The position numbers and the translations under genes are program-made. Source: the human T2T-CHM13v2.0 reference genome, Homo sapiens. Taken from it: a DNA stretch of 64,000 nucleotides. Of this stretch, positions 51,126 through 63,541 are shown piece after piece. The stretch lies in the NCBI RefSeq assembly GCF_009914755.1, contig NC_060930.1. The stretch is one strand, 5' to 3'. A model generated the notes under the pieces. It did no database searches and was not told the origin of the DNA. It was given only the letters and a program-made list of their open reading frames with translations. Positions within the stretch are counted from its first letter, which is position 1. Each line of letters begins with the position of its first letter.

Positions 51126-52861
51126 GTTTTTTTTTTAATCACATGTCAGATAGTTAAAAATTTATATCATGCCCATATTAAATTTTTATCATTGTTTATT
51201 TTTACTTATTTGGAATAATTTTTGTTCATTTTATTATTAATGTTTTAGAATATTATAGTATTTTTCTTTAATTTGAGGATTTCAAAATTTTATTACAATG
51301 GGTTTTTCACATATTCTCTTCAGTACTTTATATGCCCTTTTTATCTGAAAAAAATATTTTTATTCATTTTAGCATATTTCTTCCACACTTTTCTAGATTA
51401 CTCCTTTCATTTCATCTATTTCTGTGCCATTTTTCAAGAACCACTGTTAACTTGATATTGAAACTTCTAAATCTATCTGCCTGTTTCCTAAATTGCTTTC
51501 TGTAGATTTTAACTTTCATTTTTACATTCTAGGAGAATATACTTTCAACAAAATCAAGTGCCCCATTTAGCTACCTTATTAAGGATTTTGTGAGATAATG
51601 TTTCTTTAAATATTCTCAAAGTTTTATTATATGAAGAGTTTTACACTCACATTATTAAAAGTTTAGAAGTTAAAAGCAGAGTAAAGTGTGGAAACTCTCC
51701 TAGATCTAATCTCCATATGCCTAGGTTCCTGATCTTGAGTCAAACAAGCTTACCAGTTAACTTTGTATTCCCTGGTAATATTTTATACACAGATTCACAC
51801 TGTATACACTCTTTAAAAAAACTCTTATTGTAGCATCCTACAACCATGATCTATAGAAAAGTATATTTTTATTTAATATATTTAGAAAATTTCCTGTTTT
51901 AGTATTTAGGAATTTTTTTTTCCTATTCTTTTTTGTGGTGACATGTTATTCCGTCATATAAGTAATTTCCTGAGTCTTGATGGACTTCAGAATATTTTTA
52001 ACCTTTTTGTATTGCATACAAAGCTGCAACAATAAATAAGCTTGGACTTACATTATTTTTAATCTTGATGAATAAATCTATAATACCTTTTGAGAAGTGC
52101 TATTGCTGTGTCAAAGGGCATATTCACATTTAATTATGCAAGGTATTAGAAACTCTTGAGAAGACAATTTAGAAAACTTATGTTTTCCTACAATTAACCC
52201 ATACTGTTAAGATGTACAAAGTTATAAGCAACACTAAATCCAATGCAATATAAACTCTGAAAGTGCATATGTCTTGTGATTTTCTACCTATGTATCACTG
52301 ACAATAAAGTACCTGATGTATAACAACTGCTTAATCAGTATGATGGAATAAATAAGTACCTGATGTAATGTGTGTTTGTGGGTTTTTCCACTTCACATTA
52401 ATTTTCATTTCTACCATTGACTATCAATACCATCCTGATTTTGCATTGAGGAAATCACTGTTTCTTCAAACTCAGTCAGTGGGGTTTATTTAGGGTTTCT
52501 TCCAAATCCAGTTCCAGGAGTGACAAGTGGAGTAAAAATATAAACAATAAAGCTTGCCATTACACAACGTCCCATGATTGAGTCAATGATAAATACTTGA
52601 TGCAATCACATCCAATGATAAACTGTGAGAGTTATTTTTAGATGACAATAATTAAGATATGCTTTATTGAGGGCAGTATTAACATCCTTGTAAACATTCC
52701 TGGAAGGTGTTCTCTTAGCATCTCTGTCTATTCATAAAAACAGATTCCTGGCTGGGTGTGGTGACTCACTCCTATAATTTCAGGACATTGGTATATCAAG
52801 GTGAGAGAAGAGCTTGAGATCAGGAGTTTGAGACCAGCATGAAACATAGTGAGACCCCAAC

Positions 52862-54277
52862 TAATATGGTTTGGCTCTGTGTCCCTAACAAAAATCTCAT
52901 ATTGAATTGTGATCCTGAGTGTTGGAGGTGGGGCCTGGCGGGAGGTGATTAGATCATGGAGTGGGTTTCTAAAGGTTTAGCACCATTCCCTTAGTTCTGT
53001 CTCATGATAGAGTTTTCATGAGATCTGGTTGTTTAAAAGTATATAGCACTTCCCCCTTCTCTGTCTCTCCGTGAGATGTGCTTGCTTGTCCGTTGCCTTC
53101 TGCCATGTTTGTAAGTTTCCTGAGGCCTGGCAAGCCATGCCTCCTGTACAGCTTGCAGAACTGTGAGTCAATTAAACCTCTTTTCTTTATAAACTACCCA
53201 GTCTCAGGTAGTTCTTTATAGCAATGTGAAGGGGTGGCCTGCCCTTCCACACCTGTGGGTATTTGTAGTCAGGTGGGACGAGAGACTGAGAAAAGAAATA
53301 AGACACAGAGACAAAGTACAGAGAAGCAACAGTGGGTCCAGGGGACCGGCGCTCAGCATACCAAAGACCTGCACTGGCACCGGACTCTGAGTTCCCTCAG
53401 TTTTTATTGACTATTATTTTCATTATTTCAGCAAAAAGGAATGGAGTAGGAGAGCAGGGTGATAATAAGGAAAAGGTCAGCAAAAAACATGTGAACAAAA
53501 GAATCTATGTCATAATTAAGTTCAAGGGAAGGTACTATAACTGGACGTGCACGTAAGCCAGATTTATGTTTCTCTCCACCCAAACATCTCAGCGGAGTAA
53601 AGAATAACAAGGCAGCATTACTGCAAACATATCTCGCCTCCCACCATAGGGTGGTTTTTCTCCTATCTCAGAATTGAACAAATGTACAATCAGGTTTTAT
53701 ACCGAGACATTCAGTTCCCAGGGGCAAGCAGGAGATAGTGGCCTTCCTCTATCTCAACTGCAAGAGGCTTTCCTCTTTTACTAATCCACCTGAGCACAGA
53801 CCCTTTATGGGTGTCGGGCTGGGGGACGGTCAGGTCTTTCTCATCCCACGAGGCCATATTTCAGACTATCACATGGGGAGAAATCTTGGACAATACACAG
53901 CTTTCAAGGGCAGAGGTCCCTGTGGCTTTCCGCAGTGCATTGTGCCCCTGGTTTATTAAGACTAGAGAATGGCGATGACTTTTACCAAGTATACTGCTTG
54001 CAAACATTTTGTTAACAAGGCACATCCTGCATAGCCCTAGATCCCTTAAACCTTGATTTTATACAACACGTTTTTGTGAGCTCCAGGTTGGGTCAAAGCG
54101 GCTGGGGCAAAGTGGCTGGGGCAAAGCCACAAATTAACAACATCTCAGCAAAGCAATTGTTTAAAGTACAGGTCTTTTTCAAAATGGAGTCTCTTATGTC
54201 TTCCCTTTCTACATAGACACAGTGACAGTCTGATCTCTCTTTCTTTTCCCTACACAATGTGAGAAAGGACTAATACA
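52862..54277 (+). mobile_element. MSTA-type solo LTR split by LTR5A
   Basis: 'atatggtttggctctgtgtcc...gttggaggtggggcctgg' through 'gagaaaggactaataca'; TSD ccaac (52857-52861 / 54278-54282). Confidence 0.92.
53227..54254 (-). mobile_element. HERV-K(HML-2) LTR5A-type solo LTR
   Basis: The reverse complement starts 'tgtagggaaaagaaagagagatcagactg' and ends 'gggcaggccaccccttca'; 1028 bp; TSD caatg (53222-53226 / 54255-54259). Confidence 0.92.
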
Positions 54278-54692
54278 CCAACTTTACAAAAAAAAAATTA
54301 AAAAGCAGTGAGGCATTATGGCATGGGCCTGTAGTTCCACATACTGAGGAGGCCGAATTGAGAGGATCACTTGAGCCGAGGAGTCAGAGGTTGCAGTGAG
54401 CTGGGATTGCTCCATTGCACTCCAGCCTGGGCAACAGAGCAAGACCATCTCTTAAAACAAAAATGAAAACACAAACAAACAGGATAACAGATTTCTAACT
54501 GAAAAGAAGATTACACATTACAGAATAAGAAAAATGGGTCTTATTGAAAATCACTGGGTGAGGGAGTATCTACTTAAATAGGGTAGTAGAGAACAGGTTT
54601 TGAAGTAAAAACTTAAGAGCCTATTTTCTCAAAGTAGTTGAACAGAAAGACAATTACTCAAGTCCAGAGTTGTGAAATAATTGGTTAGTTAC

Positions 54693-57347
54693 TCATATGG
54701 TTTGGCTGTGTCCACACCCAAATCTCATCTTGATGGTAACTCCCACAGTTCCTACATCTCATGGGAAGAGCCAGGTGGGAAGTGATTGAATTACGGGAAT
54801 GGGTCTTTCCTGTGCTGTTCTTGTGATAGTGAATGAGTGTCATGAGATCTGATGATTTTTTTTTATTATACTTTAAGTTCTAGGGTACATGTGCATAACG
54901 TGAAGGTTTGTAACACATGTATACATGTGCCATGTTGGTTTGCTGCACCCATTAACTCATCATTTACATTAGATATATCTGCTAATGCTTTCCCTGCCTC
55001 CTCCCCACACCCCATGACAGGCCCCAGTGTGTGATGTTCCCCTTCCTGTGTCCAAGTGTTCTCATTGTTCAATTCCCACCTATGAGTGAGAATATGCGGT
55101 GTTTGGTTTTTACTCCTTGCGATAGTTTGCTGAGAATGATGGTTTCCAGCTTCATCCATGTCCCTACAAAGGACATGAACTCATCCTTTTTTATGGCTGC
55201 ATAGTATTTCATGGTGTATATGTGCCACATTTTTAAAGGGCAGTTTCCCTGCACAAGCTCTCTTCTCTTGTCAGCAACCATGTGAGATGTGGCTTTCACC
55301 TTCCACCATGATTGTGAGGCCTCCCCAGCCACATGAAACTGTAAGTCACATAAAACTCTTTCTTTTGTAAATTGCCCAGTCTTGGGTATGTCTTTATCAG
55401 CAGCATGAAAACAGACTAATACATTAAATTGGTAGCAGTAGAGTGGGCCACAGCTGAAAAGATACCTGAAAATATGAAAGCAACTTTTGAACTGGGTAAC
55501 AGGCAGTGGTTGAAACAGTTTGGAGGGCTCAAAAGAAGACAAGAAAATGTGGGAAACTTTGGAATTTCCTAGAGACTTGTTTAATGTCTTTGACAAAAAT
55601 GCTGATAGTGGTATGAACAATAAGTTCCAGGCTGAGGTGGTCTCAGATAGAGATGAGAAACTTGTTGACAACTGGAGCAAAGGTAACTCTTGTTATGTTT
55701 TAGCAAAGAGACTGGTGGCATTTTGCCCTTGACCTAGAAATTTGTGGAACTTCGAACCTGAGAAAGAGATGATTTAGGGTATCTGGTGGAAGAAATTTCT
55801 AAGCAGCAAAGCATTCAAGAGGTGACTTAGATACTGTTAAAAGCATTCAGTTTTATAAGGGAAGCAGAACATAAAAGTTTGGAAAATTTGCAGCCTGATA
55901 ATGTGATAGAAAAGATAATCCCATTTTCTGAGGAGAAATTCAAGCTGGATGCAGAAATTTGCATAAGCAATGAGGAGCCAAATATTAATCCCAAGACAAT
56001 GGGGAAAATGTTTCTAGAATATATCAGAGGTCTTCATGGCATCCCCTCCCACCACAGGCTTGGAGGTCTAGGAAGAAAAAATTGGTTTCATTGGCCAGAC
56101 CCAGGATCCCAGTGCTGTGTGCAGTCTAAGGACTTGGTGCCCTGCATCCCAGCTGTGACTAAAAGGGGCAATGTACAGCTCCGTCCATGGCTTCAGATGA
56201 TGCAAGCCCTAAGCCTTGGCAACTTTCACGTGGTGTTGAACCTGCAGGTGCACAGAAATGAAGAACTGAGGTTTGAGAACCTCCATCTAAATTTCAGAGA
56301 ATATAGCCTGGATGTCCAGGCAGCAGTTTGCTGTGGGGGTGGGGTGCGCATGGAGAATCTCTGCTAGGGCAGTGCAGAAGGGAAATGTGGTGTTTGAGCC
56401 CCCACACAGAGTCTCTACTGGGGCACTGCCTAGTGGAGCTGTGAGAAGAGGGCCACCGTCCTCCAGCCCCCAGAATGGTAGATCCACCGACAGCTTGCAC
56501 TGTGTTCAGAAAAGCCACAGACACTCAACACCAGCCCGTGGAAGCAGCTTGGAGGGAGGTTTTGCCCTGCAAAGCCACAGGGGCAGAGCTGCCCAAGACC
56601 ACGGGAATCCACCTCTTGCATCATCATGACCTGGATATGAGACATGAAGTCAAAGAAGATCATTTCAGAGCTTTAGAATTTGACTGCCCTGCTAGATTTC
56701 AGATTTGCATGGTGCATGTAGCCCCTTTGTTTTGGCAAATTTCTCCCATTTGGAATGGCTGTATCTACCCAGTGTATTTACTCTTATTGAATCGAATCTA
56801 GGAAGTAACTAACTTGCTTTTGATTTTACAGACTCATAGGCAGAAGGGACTCGCCTTGTCTCAGATGAGACATTGGACTGTGAACTTTTGAGTTAATGCT
56901 GAAATAAGTTAAGATTTTGGGGGACTGTTGGGAAGGCATGATTGGTTTTGAAATGTGAAGGTATGATATTTGGGAGGGACCAGGGGTGGAATGACATGGT
57001 TTGGCTGTGTCCACGCCCACGTCTCATCTTGAATTGTAACTCCCACAATTCCCACATGTCATGGGAGGATCCCGGCGGGAGGTGATTGAATATGAAGGCG
57101 GATCCTTCCTGTGCTGTTCTCATGATAGTGAATGCGTCTCATGAGATCTGATGGTTTTAAAAAGGGGAGTTTCCCTGTACAAGCTCTCTTCTCTTGTCTG
57201 CTACCAAGTGAGAAGTACCTTTCACCATGATTGTGAGGCCTCCCCAGCCACATGGAACTGTAAGTCCAATAAAACTCTTTTTTTGTTGTTGTAAATTGCC
57301 CAGTCTTAGGCATGTCTTTATCAGCAGCGTGATAACAGACTAATACA
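54693..57347 (+). mobile_element. Full-length THE1B provirus (LTR 54693-55423 with L1 insert, int, LTR 56992-57347)
   Basis: Matching LTR pair sharing 'tgtccac(a/g)ccca' and 'gtaactcccaca'; TSD gttac / gtcac. Confidence 0.94.
54856..55233 (-). mobile_element. Younger L1PA (about PA4-6) 3' fragment in the THE1B 5' LTR
   Basis: 'ttttattatactttaagttctagggtacatgtgca...tcaattcccacctatgagtgagaa...tgtgccacatttt'. Confidence 0.94.
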
Positions 57348-57839
57348 GTCACTACTGCTAAAAATTGTCTTTGTTTCAAATAGTATTTTAATAAGAATTT
57401 GCAGGAAGAATATAATAAAAGAAAATAAAATAGTAGCTTTTATACATGTACAATAATCTTTCTACCAGCAAACCTTTCTTGTGACGTTGTAGTATATCAT
57501 AGTATTTTTTACTGATATCTGCATTTAAAAATCCAGAGTTCTGTAATAAAATACATGAGTTATATAAATTGTGAGCAACATTAATTGAGATTAATTAGGA
57601 AGAAAAGGAATAATGTGTAGCCTCTAAAAATGGAAATCACAAATCACAGCAAATGGCAGAGTAGAAACAAGATTGAATCTTATAATTAGGATCTGAGAGT
57701 GTCTATATATGAATTTTACCAAACTATTAACTGTATAAATAATAACAATATGAAGAATAACTGTTACTTAAGCACTTATGTGGCAGGCACTGTGATGTGT
57801 AATTTGCATAGACTACTGTATTCAATTTGTAGATCATCA

Positions 57840-58690
57840 GGATGCAACCACGGAGAGCCACAGGACCCAGGCAGAGAGCCACTGAGGAGTCATCCTGCTG
57901 AACAGTGGGGTTAACTTTGCCTCCTCAGTGTAGCTGGCAGGCAGAGTGAAGAGCAAAGAGGATTATTCTGGAGCCTTAAGGATTAATGTTGTTTGCTCCA
58001 TTAGGTTATGGACTTACCTGGGACCTCTCACTCTTTTCTTCTTTCCCATTTCTCCCCTTTTAAAAGGGAATATCTATCCCTATGTCTGTTCCACCACTAT
58101 ATTTTGGAAGCACACCACATGGTTGGTTTCACAGCTGAAGGAGAATTTGTGTCAGGATGAAACATACCTTGAGTCTCATCCATATCTAATTTAGATAACG
58201 TATAAATGAAACTTTGGGCTTTAGATTTTTGAGCTAGTGCTGGAATGAGTTTAGAAGTTTGAGGCTGCTGGGAGGGGATAAATGTATTTTACATATGAGA
58301 AAGACATGAATTTTTGGGAAGCAGGGGCAGAATATTATAAACTGAATGTTTGTGTCCTCCCCAAATTCATATGTTGAAATTCTAAACCCCAATGTGATGG
58401 TATTAGGAGGTGATTTATTTCACAGATGGCTGAGTTATGAGAATGGAGTCCTCATGGATGGAGTTAATACCCTTAAAAACGAGATTCCAGAGACCTCCAT
58501 CATCCACAGCAAAAGACACAGCAAAAAAACGATTGTCTACGATCCAGGATACAGGTCCCCACTAGACATTGAGTCTGTCTGTGCCTTGTCTTGGATTCCT
58601 CAGCCTTCTTAACTGTGAGAAATAAATGTTTGTTGTTTAAGCCACCTAGTTTTTGGTATTTTGTTATAACAGCCTGAACAGGCTAAAGCA
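57840..58690 (+). mobile_element. MLT1A/MSTD-type internal 3' end plus 3' LTR (58333-58690)
   Basis: PPT 'gcaggggcagaa', then 'actgaatgtttgtgtcctccccaaattcatatgttgaaattctaaaccccaatgtgatggtattagg...aataaatgtttgttgtttaagccacc'. Confidence 0.82.
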
Positions 58691-58835
58691 GCCTCCTGTG
58701 AGTTTTGTTACTTTCTTCAATATCATGCATGATGACAATAAACTGAAGTACTATGTCATTCACCAAAAATCTATCAGCTTGTAAGTGATGAGTCCAGGCA
58801 GTCTGACTTAGAACCCAAGCTCTTAAACAGCACAT
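58691..58835 (-). mobile_element. MIR fragment (other half at ~57760-57830)
   Basis: 'aaactgaag...ccaggcagtctgacttagaacccaagctcttaa'; upstream 'agcacttatgtggcaggcactgtg'. Confidence 0.65.
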
Positions 58836-59044
58836 TAACTTAAGGAGGTAGGATGATAAAGTGCTTAAGGAAGGACAAAATACATATAGTTCTTTAGATG
58901 TGTGTTAGCAGAAAAATAATGCCTAACAAACAATAAAATCCAAGAATATTTGAGACAAATACAGAATGGAGAAACAGAATTTAAATTGCACATAATGAGA
59001 AAAAAATTTACAATAATTTTATTGAAATTCTGGAGGTGCAAGAG

Positions 59045-59573
59045 ACCTGTTGACTATCTACTTAATACCCATTTACCCCAATTTCTTAGGAAAAAAAATC
59101 TTATAATTTTATTCATGTTAACTATTCCTCTCTTAAGTTTGGGTAGAAATCTTGAACAGTTTAAACCTCATTTTCCTTACAAGCAGGTGGCTTAGGAGTG
59201 GCTATACCAACCCATCATCTGCAAATGAGATATGACAAAGTTTGCTAGGTGATTCTGAAAAATGTTGTCTTTCCCTCATAAACAGACACAGAGAAAGATG
59301 AATTAACTTCATCCTCTGGACAGCATAATGTCTGCATGAATCCCTGGAACTGCAGATCCCATCCTGTGAGAGTGAATTGAAAGTTCAAGTACAGGTGCCA
59401 GAGGGAGAAATGGAAAGAACCTGAATCTTTCATAATATCATTGAGCTTCTAAATTAACAACCACAGAGCCAAGTCTGCCTCCAGACTTCCTGTTAAATAT
59501 CATAAATCCTTACTGATTAAGCCACTGAAGTTGCTTTTTAAAATTTGTAAGCAAAATTATTCTAACTGAGATA
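59045..59573 (+). mobile_element. Old MLT1 (H/I/J-like) solo LTR
   Basis: 'gaaagaacctgaatctttcataatatcattgagc...cctccagacttcctgtta...ttaagccact...ctaactgagata'. Confidence 0.7.
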
Positions 59574-61104
59574 GATATTGAAAAGTCCCTGTAGGATAAA
59601 AATAGAAATTAGTATGGATGTTATAGAAACCCAGTTATTAAACATTTTCACATTCTCCTTACTATTCTATCTTCACACTTTAATTGTAACAAATATAAAA
59701 TTATTAGGACAAAATGCTTTCAGTATCAATGGTGAACTAAGTTTTCCTCAGCATCATTATTTTCCTTGAGAGTTTTATATTTCATAATGATAAATTCCCT
59801 ATAAATAGTGTTTTCCATAAATATTACTTCAGTAGTTTATAATAAAATATAAATCAAATAAAATCTCATAAGATAACATTGTTTTCAGAAAAAATATATG
59901 GAACATATCCTTGGTGTCTTACTTGAAATTTGATGGGTAAACCTACTTTTTACAAGAATAGATTTAATATAAAATTTAAAGTTTTTCTACTTTAATTTCA
60001 TTCAGCTGATACAGAAAGGTTATAATTTACAAACATAAACTAACATAGCATTACTCTTTATCTCTCTATAAATATAATACTTTCTGAGATTTTTACTAAT
60101 TGACAAAATTCCTTGTAAAATCTGTACATATATAGACTTTTATAGATGTCAAACACGGCAGTTATACAAGTACTCAAAGACTGTAATTGTGAAAACTGTC
60201 TCATTCCAGGAGGCTTATGTAGCTTAGCTTTCATCTTAATCAATACCATAATGTATTGAGAGACCAACAATGATAAAGGCAAAGAAAATGGAGTGAACAC
60301 AATGGCTGGAATGGATGCACAATGATAGTATTGATAAAGAAAATGAGTCATTTTTTTTCAACAATTACAGTAGACAACATAACAGTCATAATTGAATGAA
60401 CATCACACAGTAAATGAAAAGCAGCTATGGACTATTCCAGTTTTGATTCTAGGAAGAATGAGTAATAATGTTCTCAGGAGTTAATGGGGCATTCACTGAC
60501 TCATGAAAGTTTAGCAAGTAGAAATGAACCATTCATTTAGCATCCAAACCAATCTGAAGTGGTGCTTGTGGATAAATAGAATCATCCATCCATGGGGCTC
60601 AAATAAGATTTAATATTGACTTTAGTATATACTATCAAAAACCATCCAGGTGAATCATGGCCTATTCCTTCTCATAAGAAGGAAAACTTGAAAAATCTTA
60701 ACAGAAGGAATTGGCAAAGCAAAGGTCTGAATTGTATCTCACACACTTGAAGATTTTCAGATGTGTAAGCATATAAAAATTATTTAAAAAGTGTAACCAT
60801 GCACTTATACTATTTGCTTGGGGAGTTAAGTTTATCAATATTCTGCCTATCTCCCCAGTTTTTATGTTAGATGTGTATGTGAAATCATCCTGTCTTCCTT
60901 CTTCCATCATGCACTTCTAAAAAGTATAACCTTTCTATGAGTATAAATTAATATATTTTTTTAAAAAAATAATCTGTAATAAATAGAAAATTAGAAAGAA
61001 GTTTGAAAACTACTTGGAATACCATCTAAAGGTAACATTCACAAATTTTTCTTTATTTTGTTGACATATATATACACATTGCTTTTTAAATAATGATGTT
61101 TCTT

Positions 61105-62126
61105 AAACAGCTTCTGCACACACACAAAAAATCTCTCATAAGAGTGAACAGACAACCTACAGAAAGAGAGAAAATTTTTGCAATCTATTCATCTGACAAA
61201 GGTCTCATATCCACAGTCTATAAGGAACTTAAGCAAATGTACAAGAAAAAACACAATCACATTAAAAAGTGAGCGAAGGACAGGAACAGACACCTCTCAG
61301 AAGGCATACATGCAGCCAATAAACATGAAAAAAAAACCTCAACATCACTAATCATTAGAGAAATGCGAATCAAAACCACAATACGATACCATCTCATGCC
61401 AGTCAGAATGGCTATTATTAAAAAGTCAAAAAACAACAGATGCTGGTGAAGTTGTGGAGAAAAGGGAATGCTTTTACACTCTTGGCTGGAGTTAAATTAG
61501 TTCAACTATTGTGGAAGACAGTGTGGTGATTCCTCAAAGACCAAGAGACAGAAATACCATTTAACCTAGCAATCTCATTACTGGGCATATACCTGAAGGA
61601 ATATAAATCCTTCTATTCTAAAATTACATGCATGCATATGTTCACTGCAGCACTATTCACAATAGCAAAGACACAGAATCAACCCAAATGCCCATCAATG
61701 ATAGACTGGATAAAGAAAATGTGGTACATATACATCATGGAATACTATGCAGCCATAAAAAGGAATGAGATCATGTCCTTTGCAGGGACATGGATGGATT
61801 TGGAAGACATTATCCTCAGCAAACTAATGCAGGACCAGAAAACCAAACACCACATGTTCTCACTTATAAGTGGTAGCTGAATGATAAGAACACATGGACA
61901 CCTGGAGGGGAACAACACACACTGGGTTCTGTTGAGGGGGCTGCAGGGGAAGGGAGAGTATCAGGAAGAATAGCTAATGGACAATAGGCTTAATACCTAG
62001 GTGATGGGATGATTTGTGCAGCAAACCACCTTGGTACACATTTCCCTATGTTACAAACCTGTGTATCCTGCACATGTACCCCTGAACTTAAAATAAAAGT
62101 TGAAGAAAAAAAATAAAATTAAAATA
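61105..62126 (+). mobile_element. 5'-truncated L1PA11-15-type 3' end
   Basis: ORF 61632-61880 is the L1 ORF2 C-terminus ('MFTAALFTIAKTQNQPKCPSMIDWIKKMW'); ends 'gaacttaaaataaaagttg' plus A-tail; TSD aaataatgatgtt / aaatagtggtgtt. Confidence 0.93.
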
Positions 62127-62439
62127 AAATAGTGGTGTTCTTTCTATATATTTTAAATCATAAATATACTCACTGCATTAATCTTTCTCTAATGCTTTTT
62201 CTAACACCAAATTTATTACCACACCTTGAAATCTTGTAATATTCACAGACAATAAGAGCGATTTTTATGTGGTGATAAAGAACACGTTCTTACATAGCTA
62301 ACAGCTACGCAAATTGTCAATTACCAAATAAACTCTCCCAAATCTTCACTCGTTTTGCTTAACAAGTTTTTTAGCTTTAAAATTACCAATAATTCAGAAG
62401 ATATTTTTATTTTTGCCACAAATGAGAACAATCCTGTGT

Positions 62440-62472
62440 TGTGTGTGTGTGTGTGTGTGTGTGTCTGTGTGT
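62440..62472. repeat. (TG)n microsatellite
   Basis: TG run with one interruption. Confidence 0.95.
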
Positions 62473-62799
62473 ATGCATATGTGTGTTTACACCTTAGCAT
62501 AGGGTTCTGTTAATCAGTATTTCCTCACCAAGAAAAATGATCAGAGTCCAGAGTTAATTTCTCCCAGCAGCTGAACTGGAATGGCTTTTTCTGAAAGGGG
62601 GCTCACTTACTCTTCTTGTACTGCTTTCTGGTTCACTGCACAATTTCATGCCTCAATCTGCATAAGAATGCCACCATGGCTGCATGCCTGAAATAGCAGT
62701 GGAAGAAAGCTCTGACATCAGCTTCTCTCCCTACTGAAAGTGTAATTGTGAGTTGGAAAAACTGCCTCCTGCTGAGGGCTGGCTCCATATGTATATTTC

Positions 62800-63050
62800 T
62801 CCACCAGCAAACAACAGCCTTTGAATGTCCTTGCTGGTCACAGCTACACTGAAACCTACAAATCCCAAGATTCCATTTATCAAAATGTTTTTTCCTGGCT
62901 AGAAATGTGCTTCCGTTTCCTCCTGTGGTTCTCTGTAATTCAGTGATCACCAAAGCCAGAAACCTTAGAGCCATTGTCCATAACTCCTGCCTTTTCTCAC
63001 CCATGTCTAATGATTCTGGTTCCAAAAAGACTTTCTAATCTCCTCTGTTG
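62800..63050 (+). mobile_element. L2 fragment
   Basis: 'ttcctcctgtggttctctgtaattcagtga...aagccagaaaccttagagccattgtccataactcctgccttttctcacc'. Confidence 0.65.
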
Positions 63051-63514
63051 TTCTCTTTATTTCTTTAAACAAACAAATAGTAAATAAAAATGAGCTACTA
63101 TATGCTTAGTTTCTATGTAAAAAACGATTTGAAAAAAGATTACCTATTCAATAAATTGTATTTCATGTATAACTCCAATTAATTAAAAAAATAGGTTTTT
63201 TTTCCTCCTGTCTTATGCAGCTGATCTGAAATGAAATCTATAATACTTACTGAGGGAGTTGGAGAAAAACAATTTGAAAAAATTTACAATATATATTTAG
63301 AGAGATAAAAATAAAGGCAAGCAACACAAGAACATAACAGAATACAGTTATGATTCTGTCTGCTGTGGAGGATGTGTAGATAAATATGCACTAGAGGAGT
63401 CAGGAAAAACTTCAGCATAGAGGAGGACTTTTCTGAGTCATGGAAGGTAAATGAAGATAGACTATGAAACATCAAGTGAGGAAGACAATATGAACAAAGA
63501 AATAAGTGTGTATT

Positions 63515-63541
63515 TGTGTGTGTGTGTGTGTGTGTGTGTGT
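63515..63541. repeat. (TG)n microsatellite
   Basis: Pure TG run. Confidence 0.95.

Larger units (their letters stand above)
52750..54483 (+). mobile_element. AluJ split by MSTA (left arm 52750-52861, right arm ~54283-54483)
   Basis: The left arm ends 'gtgagaccccaac' and the Alu resumes 'tttacaaaaaa' after MSTA; TSD aacagattcct / aacagatttct. Confidence 0.9.

Noticed and set aside
55069-55680. 203-aa minus-strand ORF
   Set aside because: Chance read-through of antisense THE1 into an L1 3' fragment; the listed start is not supported as a real initiation site.
55320-57251. PRDM9 hotspot motif in the THE1B LTRs
   Set aside because: Both LTRs read CCTCCCCAGCCAC and lack the T at position 7 of CCNCCNTNNCCNC. 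The THE1A LTRs (cctccttagcaat, actccttagtcat) also fail.
62633-63025. 130-aa minus-strand ORF
   Set aside because: Its first half is antisense L2 and it has no recognisable domain; only the embedded exon-like segment is kept as a finding.
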